NCBI GenBank assembly: GCA_016926395.1
Contig: JAFGOT010000017.1
Span: 1-43,356 of the forward strand
DNA from: Candidatus Woesearchaeota archaeon
GTDB taxonomy: Archaea > Nanobdellota > Nanobdellia > Woesearchaeales > SKGA01
Reading direction: 5' to 3'
DNA: 43,356 nucleotides
Shown here one piece after another: positions 1-7,575 of the stretch. A program made the translations under genes and the position numbers. Below the pieces are notes generated by a model that saw nothing but the letters and a program-made list of their open reading frames with translations, did no database searches and was not told the DNA's origin. Position 1 is the first letter of the stretch. Each line of letters opens with the position of its first letter.

Positions 1-92
1 AACATTAAAAAAAATATAAAATTAAAAAAAATATAAACTAAAAAGTGAATTCTCAATTAAAAAAAGAGAACCACTTCTTAAAAAAATGAAGA

Positions 93-1661
93 CTACAAAT
101 TTGAAATATATTCCTCAATCAATTTTAATACTTCAGGCATGGCAATTGGTAATGCTTTAACACTTCCAGCAACAGCATGTCCTCCTCCAGTCAAACGAGC
201 ATGAGGTAATTTTTCCTGAAGATAAGGAATTAATTTGTTAACATCAAACACTTCATTTTCTTGTTGTGCTCTAAATACAACAAATGCATCACTATAAACA
301 CAAGTAATAAGATTTTTTTCAATTTCAACAGCAGAATCATGAAGATTTATTGCCATCGCTCTTAATTGATAAAAATCACCTCTAAGAGTTGTTTTTTCAC
401 CATCTAAAAATTGAACTTTAAAATTACCTAGCTGTTTTGAAGTTGAATAATGCTTAACTAATCCTTTAATTTGAGCACGATCTTCTTCTAATAAAGGAAT
501 GTAAAGATTCCTTAATTCATCAAGTTTATCTCCTCTTAAAAAAGATAATAATGCAGATGTCGGTAAATTCATTTTAGTTTGATATATCTCATAGTCACCA
601 ACAAGACAAAGTTCTTCGTAATAGTCTCTAGTTGTATTAAGTTGAGATATTAATTGATTAACCTCAGGACCATCACATCTGTCAGAAACACCGCCAAGTA
701 AGGCAGGGTGTTTGTTTGGTTCTTTAAACTCATTAATCAAATTAGCAAGTTCGTATGAAAGTAAAGATGCTGAAATATTTTCTTTAACACCAACTAAATG
801 AGGATTTACATGACCGACAGTTACATTACAGACAGCACTTTTTCCATGTTCATCTAAAGGTCCTGGCTCATGATGATCAATTACAGCAACATCAGCACCA
901 AAAAGTTTTACTTTGTTGATTGCAACGATATCTTGAGTGGATGAACCATTATCAACTAACAAAACCAAAGGAGGTTTAGTGTCTGCCCGGTCCATATTCT
1001 GTAAGAATATAGATATATCCTTAGTAGCATCAATAATATCATAATAAGGAGTCCTTGAAGGATATCTTGTTAGAAAATTAGCCATAAACTTAACTAAAGG
1101 ATAGTGTTTTTTTATTAAAGGCTCAATTGCATCTTCCAAAATAAGACCAGAAGTAAAACCATCAATATCATTGTGATGACTTATAACTATTGGTCTGTGT
1201 TCAATCACGGCTTGCCTAATTAAAGTTGCAACGTGTTGCAATTTTTCTTTCATAGCATTAAAAGCAGGAGTATCAAACAATAATTTAGTATTAACAGGTT
1301 TAAATTGAGATAATTTTCTAATATTTAATCCTGCTTTGAATTTAGTTTCTTGATCGGATGAAATTTGTCTAATATCTTCTAATTTACCCTGAAGGTCACC
1401 TTCATAATGTTGCCTTTTAAAGCTAAACAAAGCAACAGAACCTTTGTTAATTTCAGGATGAGCTATTGAACCTGGAATAAATTTTACTAATTTAAAATCT
1501 TGTTCTCCATCATCTATTGTGAAAATGTTAAGACCTTGTTCAGTTCTAAAAACATCTTTAACGTAAGCTATGAGTTCATAAGTTAAACCATGAACATCTG
1601 AGTTTTTCATCTCTTCAATTGTTTCTACACGCAAAATTGCGTTTTCGTTATTTGTATTCAT
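93..1661 (-). CDS. DHH-family phosphoesterase, archaeal RecJ-like nuclease with N-terminal OB-fold-like region
   Basis: Motifs HHNDIDG, LVDNGS, IDHH and C-terminal DHHA1-type GGGHAVAGS. Confidence 0.85.
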   Translation of the reverse strand: MNTNNENAILRVETIEEMKNSDVHGLTYELIAYVKDVFRTEQGLNIFTIDDGEQDFKLVKFIPGSIAHPEINKGSVALFSFKRQHYEGDLQGKLEDIRQISSDQETKFKAGLNIRKLSQFKPVNTKLLFDTPAFNAMKEKLQHVATLIRQAVIEHRPIVISHHNDIDGFTSGLILEDAIEPLIKKHYPLVKFMANFLTRYPSRTPYYDIIDATKDISIFLQNMDRADTKPPLVLLVDNGSSTQDIVAINKVKLFGADVAVIDHHEPGPLDEHGKSAVCNVTVGHVNPHLVGVKENISASLLSYELANLINEFKEPNKHPALLGGVSDRCDGPEVNQLISQLNTTRDYYEELCLVGDYEIYQTKMNLPTSALLSFLRGDKLDELRNLYIPLLEEDRAQIKGLVKHYSTSKQLGNFKVQFLDGEKTTLRGDFYQLRAMAINLHDSAVEIEKNLITCVYSDAFVVFRAQQENEVFDVNKLIPYLQEKLPHARLTGGGHAVAGSVKALPIAMPEVLKLIEEYISNL

Positions 1662-1929
1662 TTTATACCTCTTAGTATAACATTTGCACTTTAAGACTAT
1701 TTATACATTACGAGTTTTTATTTAGAAAGAATTCGAGTTGTCTTATTTTGCAAATTTATCTCATATATTTTTTATTAATCTTAAATGTATAATCTGTTTT
1801 TTCTTTCTTTCAAAGGATATAAAGAATAAATGGTTTATAAATTTTACCTAAGATGATTTCAAAGCTAAGAAACGCCACAACAATAAAATTCAATAAATAC
1901 AACCCGTTAGAAAAATAATTGATAAAAAC

Positions 1930-2196
1930 CTAATAAACCCAAGCACTATGACCAACATGAATAAGCAAATCAACCTTTAATCTTTCGACTTCTAAAGGCA
2001 AATCACATGCACCAAAATTACTTCCAGACCAAATCAAAACCTTAATTTCTGGAAATTTAGAATTAATAGCATCAACAATATCTTTAGCATTTGGTTTTAG
2101 ACCATCAGGTAGTTGAATACAAACACGTTTAGGTCGAGATTCTTCAATCTTAGCAAGAATTCGGTCAATTTCCAAATTGTAAATATCTAATGCCAT
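1930..2196 (-). CDS. dph2: Diphthamide synthesis Dph2, N-terminal domain only (88 aa)
   Basis: RVCIQLPDGLK, FGACDLP (first Fe-S Cys) and DLLIHVGHS match the Dph1/Dph2 N-terminus. The ORF stops right after this domain. Confidence 0.85.
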   Translation of the reverse strand: MALDIYNLEIDRILAKIEESRPKRVCIQLPDGLKPNAKDIVDAINSKFPEIKVLIWSGSNFGACDLPLEVERLKVDLLIHVGHSAWVY

Positions 2197-2266
2197 ATTT
2201 GTTCAAAAATATCATTTGTTTAAAATAATTATGAAAAGAATAAAAAAAATAAAAATAAAAGAAGAT

Positions 2267-3211
2267 TTATTCTTCTTTTTTTGGTTCGTCATCAGATTCT
2301 TCGTCAGATTCTTCGTCATCAGCAACGCCAGACTCTTCTAAGTCTTCTTCTGCTTCTTCATCAAAGTCTTCAGAATTTTCATCTTCTTCTTCAGTTGCGT
2401 TTGGAAGTTCTTCAGATTCTTTATCATCAGCAACAGATTCAGATTCAGAAAAATCAGAATCATCAACATCTTCAGTTAATTCATCAACTGCTTTATCTTC
2501 TGCATCTTCTTGAGTAACATCAGCGTCAGTTTCGGATTTTTCATCTTCAACTGCATGAGCTACACCTTTGTCTTTCTTTCGAATAACAACTTTTTCAGAA
2601 ACAACTTCTTTGTCAGTTACGACAATGTCGGTATTTTCTAGAAGTTTAACTGCTTTTAGGTCTACACCTCGAATAGGGAAGATTTTACCACAAGCATCTT
2701 TGACAGTTTTTTGGATTTTACCATCACTAACTTCTTTAAAGATTTCTTCAACAGTTTTAGTAAAAGCGTATTCTCGAATTAATCTTCTTGCTTCAAGTCT
2801 TAGAGCAGACTGAACTGAATTAGTACCATGATTATTAGTAATAATAATCGGCTTGAATCGAAGAATTTTTTTATCACTAGTTTTAGCAAGGAAAGAATCT
2901 GAAACTTTATCTCGTCCTCGTCTTACCAAACGTTTAACAGCAGCATTAATCAAACTATAACCAACAGTTTCTGTTTGACCTTTACCTTCAACAACACTAG
3001 TAACTTTAAATTGAACGTTAACACTTTGTTTTCGCATACTTCTAGTTATAGTGGAAAGATTTGAAGTAATATACTTACCATTTAATTCTTCAGCTTCACT
3101 TACATAGGATTCACCAAGCATTACTTCACCAAATGATTTTGGAGCGTAAATAGGGAACCACTTTTTCTTCTTAACTTTTGCAACTACAGTTTTTCTTTTT
3201 TTTGGAGCCAT
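2267..3211 (-). CDS. rps3ae: 30S ribosomal protein S3Ae (eS1) with long acidic C-terminal tail
   Basis: KKKKWFPIYAP, VKRLVRRGRDKVSDSF and KIFPIR are eS1 motifs. The last ~100 aa are D/E/S-rich. Confidence 0.93.
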   Translation of the reverse strand: MAPKKRKTVVAKVKKKKWFPIYAPKSFGEVMLGESYVSEAEELNGKYITSNLSTITRSMRKQSVNVQFKVTSVVEGKGQTETVGYSLINAAVKRLVRRGRDKVSDSFLAKTSDKKILRFKPIIITNNHGTNSVQSALRLEARRLIREYAFTKTVEEIFKEVSDGKIQKTVKDACGKIFPIRGVDLKAVKLLENTDIVVTDKEVVSEKVVIRKKDKGVAHAVEDEKSETDADVTQEDAEDKAVDELTEDVDDSDFSESESVADDKESEELPNATEEEDENSEDFDEEAEEDLEESGVADDEESDEESDDEPKKEE

Positions 3212-3221
3212 ATTTATTCAC

Positions 3222-3323
3222 CTATCTTTGGTTTCGCTTACGCTTTTCCTTCTTCATACGTTTTCGTTGCCACTTCCAACGCATTTGACCTTTCTTTTTC
3301 CAACGTCGACTTGATCGTTTCAT
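3222..3323 (-). CDS. rpl41e: 50S ribosomal protein L41e (eL41), 33 aa, absent from the supplied ORF track
   Basis: Hand translation: MKRSSRRWKKKGQMRWKWQRKRMKKEKRKRNQR*, with the MRWKW..KR signature. It lies directly upstream of rps3ae. Confidence 0.9.
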   Translation of the reverse strand: MKRSSRRWKKKGQMRWKWQRKRMKKEKRKRNQR

Positions 3324-3364
3324 TTAATTTTCCTCGAAATTTCCTCGAAAATTTAATGGAACCT

Positions 3365-3383
3365 CAAAAAACATTGTTTTTTG
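3365..3383. repeat. Boundary palindrome, copy G (CAAAAAACA-T-TGTTTTTTG)
   Basis: Perfect 9-bp arms, followed by AG on the minus strand. Flanked by direct repeat GTTTCATTTA at 3317-3326 and 3387-3396. Confidence 0.8.
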
Positions 3384-3547
3384 TTGGTTTCATTTAGTTC
3401 GTCGGTAATTTGCCTTTTTATTCAAATTAGTATATCTGGAGAAATAAGAGTAGTAATTTGTGAAGCAAACCACAATTAATACGCTTCTGATCTCTTCCTT
3501 CGCACAATAAAAAATAACGCTTAAGGGGAATTTCCCCGAAAGCTGAA

Positions 3548-3622
3548 TGCTCCGGCCGGGATTTGAACCCGAGTCCTCGGATCGAAAATCCGAGATGATT
3601 GGCCGGACTACACCACCGGAGC
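3548..3622 (-). tRNA. tRNA-Glu(TTC)
   Basis: Cloverleaf: GCTCCGG/CCGGAGC acceptor stem, CTCGGA-TTTTCGA-TCCGAG anticodon arm, GGTTCAAATCC T arm. CCA not encoded. Confidence 0.95.
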
Positions 3623-3841
3623 AAATATGTGTGCAAAGTACTCCAGAAAGCAACTGCTTCTTGTATACTTTAACTGACAAACTACTTCATCAGCAGGTCT
3701 AGGAAATAATATTTCATTTAAAAAGGTATTGTTTTATCACAAAACCAGCTAGAAGGCCTAGAAAAGCAAAATATAAAAGGTAGAAACAAAATAAAATAGC
3801 AATAAAAAGAGACTTGAGTTATAAAATATAGGGACTAAAAC

Positions 3842-4423
3842 ATGCAATTTAAAACAGAAAGAGCAATTTCTAAAGATTATATACCTAACAAGATTCTAAC
3901 ATATATTGCTAGTGATGAAGGAAGACTTCTTGAAATAAAAGCAATAGGTGAAACAGAAATAGGCCTAAATCTTAAGACAATGTGGTATATACCATATAAT
4001 ATTTCAACAATAGTGAATTGTTACAATACAATAATCAGTGAGATTGACACATTTTCAAATATTAATTATGAAGTTGCAATTGGAAGTCAAGGAAAAAGGA
4101 AAAACAAACGAGAAGAAAGAAAAATACCCTTTTCCAGACTTGATAAAGTCATCCATCCTTTAATACTAGCGAGACCAAAAGATATTGCACTTGGAATAAA
4201 TTCCAATTATGGATCATTTTGGCTTGAAGGAGATAATATACAAGAAGGAGCAGATTTTATTGAAATTGTAAGTCCATTTAATCTAGCAAAACTCATTAGT
4301 CAATTACTTAGAAAAACAAATATCATAACAACTTCTCAAAGACAAGATATGGAAACAATCCTTGACTTATCATACGACTATTACCTAAATGAAGATAGAA
4401 ACAAAATGTTTTTAATGAAATAA
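3842..4423 (+). CDS. Hypothetical protein (193 aa)
   Basis: Long ATG-started ORF divergent from tRNA-Glu. No motif recognised. Confidence 0.7.
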   Translation: MQFKTERAISKDYIPNKILTYIASDEGRLLEIKAIGETEIGLNLKTMWYIPYNISTIVNCYNTIISEIDTFSNINYEVAIGSQGKRKNKREERKIPFSRLDKVIHPLILARPKDIALGINSNYGSFWLEGDNIQEGADFIEIVSPFNLAKLISQLLRKTNIITTSQRQDMETILDLSYDYYLNEDRNKMFLMK

Positions 4424-4430
4424 GAAATGG

Positions 4431-4504
4431 TGCACCGAGCGGGAAAGCAATAATCAAAGATTATTGGTCCCTGTCATCGCATTAAAAAATGCACCGAGCG
4501 GGAA
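4431..4504. repeat. 15-bp direct repeat of the tRNA-Gly 3' end enclosing palindrome copy A (4448-4466)
   Basis: TGCACCGAGCGGGAA at 4431-4445 and 4490-4504. CAATAATC-AAA-GATTATTG lies between them. Confidence 0.9.
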
Positions 4505-4560
4505 TCGAACCCGCGCCGAAGCCTTGGCAAGGCCCCATTGTACCATTCAACCATCGGTGC
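4490..4560 (-). tRNA. tRNA-Gly(GCC)
   Basis: GCACCGA/TCGGTGC acceptor stem, GGGCC-TTGCCAA-GGCTT anticodon arm, GGTTCGATTCC T arm. Confidence 0.95.
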
Positions 4561-4615
4561 GTATAAACGTAAGTATTTATTATTCCTTTTTAAAGCTTAC
4601 GCGAAAAAACAAAAT

Positions 4616-4746
4616 GTGAGCCTGCGGGGATTCAATTAGCTACAAATCTCAAACTTGTTTGTTAGAGTTGTCTAATTGTCCCAAAAATCTTTGATTTTTG
4701 AGGATGTGAAAATACCCGAAGGTGAATAGGTGAGCCTGCGGGGATT
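4616..4746. repeat. 17-bp direct repeat of the tRNA-Ile 3' end enclosing palindrome copy B (4682-4700)
   Basis: GTGAGCCTGCGGGGATT at 4616-4632 and 4730-4746. Between them are CAAAAATC-TTT-GATTTTTG and a second inverted repeat CAATTAG...CTAATTG (4633-4678). Confidence 0.9.
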
Positions 4747-4840
4747 TGAACCCCGGACCACCAGCTCTCTTCGAGCGAAGACTCTCATGCGAGTCAGCGT
4801 CATATAAGACTGGCGCTCCACCGGACTAAGCTACAGGCTC
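4731..4840 (-). tRNA. tRNA-Ile(TAT) with 36-nt intron at position 37/38 (intron 4767-4802)
   Basis: GAGCCTG/CAGGCTC acceptor stem, A73. Removing 4767-4802 gives the anticodon arm CCAGT-CT-TAT-AA-GCTGG and a 74-nt tRNA. The junction folds as a relaxed bulge-helix-bulge with one A.G mismatch. Confidence 0.85.
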
Positions 4841-4872
4841 GGTCAAAAGTTATTCTAGAGAGCCGCCATCGA

Positions 4873-4880
4873 TTTATAAA
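4873..4880 (-). promoter_or_regulatory. Putative TATA box for tRNA-Ile
   Basis: TTTATAAA 33 nt upstream of the mature tRNA 5' end. Confidence 0.5.
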
Positions 4881-4929
4881 GGCAACGGTTAGCTAAACTT
4901 TATAAATAAACTTTATTTAAAAACAATAT

Positions 4930-5805
4930 ATGAAAAGGGTTGAGCAAAGTTCTAGATTTAACGAAGTTGTTAAAGTATTCGAAAGATACGGTTTTGGACA
5001 TTTTTTTAATGGAAATAGAAAGATGTCTGAAAGTTTACAAGAAAATCCTGAAAAAAGATTGCAAAAAGCTCTTAAACATCTAGGAGGCGGATTCTTACTT
5101 GGAGGAATTTTTTTAGCACACAGAGTAGATTTGATTCCTAATAGTTATTGCAAAGAACTTAGCAGAATAAAAGACAATGGACCAGTCTATAAGTTCGAAT
5201 ATATTGAAAAAACAATAATAAAAGACTATAGTCGACCAGTAAATACTGTATTTGATAAGATGTGGGAAAAACCCGTTGAAAGCGACACATTAACTCAAAT
5301 TCACAAAGCAAAACTAACAAATGGAGAAATAGTTTTTGTTAAAGTAATAAAAGAAAAGGCGATCGAACAAGTAAAAGATGATATAATAATTGCAAAATAT
5401 TTGGCTGAAGAAAGTAATGACGATAGAATAAAAGAAGTGGTTAAAGAATTTTCTGAACATTTCAATAAAAAGAAAACACTTAGAGCAGAACAAACATTTT
5501 TAGAAAATAGTGCTCAAGCATATGGTAGCGATTATCTTCCAACACCAATAGAACACTTATGCACCGATAAAGTTTTGATGTTCACATTTCAAAAAAATAA
5601 AGTAAAAAGTAAAAATCAATACGCAAGCATACAAAAAGAAATTAAAACAATCAAAGGAGAAATTATCTTGCTAATAATAGGAATATTAACTACATTAATA
5701 ACCATCGGAATAAAAGGACACATAAAAAACATGGGAGGTTTAATTGGAATAACAATAATAATTGTTGCGCTAATGATAGGTATCCAATCTAAACTAAGAA
5801 AATGA
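4930..5805 (+). CDS. UbiB/AarF (ABC1)-like protein, degenerate, N-lobe only, with two C-terminal TM helices
   Basis: RLQKALKHLGGGFLLGGIFLAHRVDLIP, QIHKAKLTNGEIVFVKV and LCTDKVLM align with the UbiB N-terminal half. No catalytic loop or DFG-like motif. Confidence 0.7.
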   Translation: MKRVEQSSRFNEVVKVFERYGFGHFFNGNRKMSESLQENPEKRLQKALKHLGGGFLLGGIFLAHRVDLIPNSYCKELSRIKDNGPVYKFEYIEKTIIKDYSRPVNTVFDKMWEKPVESDTLTQIHKAKLTNGEIVFVKVIKEKAIEQVKDDIIIAKYLAEESNDDRIKEVVKEFSEHFNKKKTLRAEQTFLENSAQAYGSDYLPTPIEHLCTDKVLMFTFQKNKVKSKNQYASIQKEIKTIKGEIILLIIGILTTLITIGIKGHIKNMGGLIGITIIIVALMIGIQSKLRK

Positions 5806-6089
5806 TTTTAATATATTTCTGGATTGCAATAATAATTTTTTCGGGTTGGGCAATTGCAAGATTTGCATACAATGCAATTTTAAAATCAGAAAAGGAATTA
5901 AGCCCAGAGCACATACATGTTAATGTCTGTCCCATTTGTGGAAGTTTAGAAACCACAACAACCGCAGAGAACACAACCCTAGGACTTAATTACAAATGTA
6001 AAAAATGCCTTTATGTTGGTACAATGCTTGAGATGAATTTGGTACAAGCAAAAAAATACGAAGAAATGAGAATAAAAAAAGAAAAATAA
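5802..6089 (+). CDS. Small membrane-anchored Zn-ribbon protein
   Basis: N-terminal hydrophobic helix, CPIC and CKKC pairs. ATGA overlap with the upstream stop. Confidence 0.75.
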   Translation: MILIYFWIAIIIFSGWAIARFAYNAILKSEKELSPEHIHVNVCPICGSLETTTTAENTTLGLNYKCKKCLYVGTMLEMNLVQAKKYEEMRIKKEK

Positions 6090-6092
6090 AAA

Positions 6093-7013
6093 CTATCTAA
6101 ATTTTCTGTTTCTATCTTTTTTAACCTGACAACCACCACTTGGAAGATGTTTAATTATCTCATCAAGATCGACTTTAACAGATTCTTTTTCTTTTAAAAA
6201 ATATGCAATGTGTTTAGCAACAAGACTTGATTTTTCATTACCTTGTTCAATTTCAACAAAAGTCTTACAATGAGCTTTAACAGCATCTAACGGACCTGAT
6301 AAAACCAAGTAAGAGTCGTCAAGGTTTAAAATTCCTATTCCAAAATCCATAACTGGTTGAATATAATTTGTTTCTCCTCTAATCATAAAACTTCCTTTAG
6401 GCATAAACTCTCCAGAATTAGCTTCTTTTGAAACTTGATCAGGTTTGACAAAGAAAACATCGCTAGTTCCTAAACCTGCTTTCCAAGCCCTAGAATGAAC
6501 TGCAGTAAAAGCAGCTGCTTCGAATACTGTTTGAGTTGGAAAACCCCTTGTATCGACAGGATCGCCATCTTGAGAATCATCATCCTCTAACTCATTAACA
6601 GGTTTTGGAATTGGTTTGTAGTCATCGCCCAAAAGCCTCTTTACATCGTCTCGATTGGATTTTATTACAACAAAAGGCGAACCTGCCATGTCAGTGTGAA
6701 AAACTAAATCAGGATTATCAGTATGTTTCTTAATAATTATTTCATTAGTAGTTGCATCACGTCCAGCAATAACTAAATAACCATCGGAACTTATGAACCA
6801 TTTAAATTTTTCAAACCACTGTTTTTTAGAATTATCAATATGTTTAATTAAGGATTCGTGTTTGGAAACAACAACTTCATCTTTCTTCTTTTCAAAAGTT
6901 TCTAGAGTTTTTTTTACTCCAACTACTTTTCTCTTTGCCTTTTTGCCATCTTCAAAATAAAGAGCAGCATTTTCGTCAATTGATTTATTTAGATAAAGAG
7001 TTACTTCAACCAT
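6093..7013 (-). CDS. NFACT RNA-binding (DUF814) protein, C-terminal half of Rqc2/NEMF-type proteins
   Basis: WFEKFKWFISSDGYLVIAGRDATTNE, FHTDMAGSPF, SRAW, GEFMPKGSFMIRG. Start placed at the ATG at 7013 (MVEVTL); the track starts at 7037. Confidence 0.88.
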   Translation of the reverse strand: MVEVTLYLNKSIDENAALYFEDGKKAKRKVVGVKKTLETFEKKKDEVVVSKHESLIKHIDNSKKQWFEKFKWFISSDGYLVIAGRDATTNEIIIKKHTDNPDLVFHTDMAGSPFVVIKSNRDDVKRLLGDDYKPIPKPVNELEDDDSQDGDPVDTRGFPTQTVFEAAAFTAVHSRAWKAGLGTSDVFFVKPDQVSKEANSGEFMPKGSFMIRGETNYIQPVMDFGIGILNLDDSYLVLSGPLDAVKAHCKTFVEIEQGNEKSSLVAKHIAYFLKEKESVKVDLDEIIKHLPSGGCQVKKDRNRKFR

Positions 7014-7055
7014 AACAGCATAAGAAATCACAAGCATATAAAAAAGCTACTAATT

Positions 7056-7502
7056 TTAACAAGTTGCTAGAGAAGTCTGACTAAAACCTTCACATTCAAC
7101 CAAGTCACCATCATAATTAACTAAAGGTAAGAAATCTAACTCTATACCCCCTCCACTGTAAATAAAAGGAATACTTCTTTCAAGAGCTTCACCATTAATC
7201 ATAGAAGAATCTTTAACAGCTAATTCTAAATCACCAATCTCACTTGAAGATTTAATTCGAACCGCATTAATACGAGCTTTACCTACATTCTTAACGTTAA
7301 AAGTTAATTTGCCATCAGCATAACAAATGTTTCCATTATTTTGTATTTTAACAGAAGCACAAGCAGTAGCTAAATCTACAGAGTTGTCAACTACGGCATC
7401 CGCACTCCAATTCATAATCATAGCGCCTAAAGCTACAGCGAATGCAATTAGAAGAACTGTCGCAATTAAAGGAGACATTGCTTTTTTTGAGCTGAACAAC
7501 AT
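7056..7502 (-). CDS. Archaeal type IV pilin-like protein
   Basis: Class III signal peptide KKA|MSPLIATVLLIAFAVALG. Confidence 0.88.
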   Translation of the reverse strand: MLFSSKKAMSPLIATVLLIAFAVALGAMIMNWSADAVVDNSVDLATACASVKIQNNGNICYADGKLTFNVKNVGKARINAVRIKSSSEIGDLELAVKDSSMINGEALERSIPFIYSGGGIELDFLPLVNYDGDLVECEGFSQTSLATC

Positions 7503-7575
7503 ATAAGTAAGCTGGATAATCAGAGTATTTAAAGGTTTTGAATAAAATAGATATCATTTAACAGTAGCAAAACAC

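Noticed and set aside
1662-1929. Frameshifted continuation of dph2
   Set aside because: No Dph2-like sequence seen in other minus-strand frames. The region looks like AT-rich promoter DNA.
2281-2813. Plus-strand ORFs 2281-2517 and 2568-2813
   Set aside because: Antisense shadows of rps3ae. The low-complexity translation mirrors the acidic tail.
3390-3680. ORFs 3390-3680 and 3427-3636
   Set aside because: They read through tRNA-Glu and have no protein-like features.
3687-3693. CTGATGA upstream of tRNA-Glu as a C/D box or hammerhead core
   Set aside because: No terminal CTGA box D and no stem-II/GAAA arrangement at a suitable distance.
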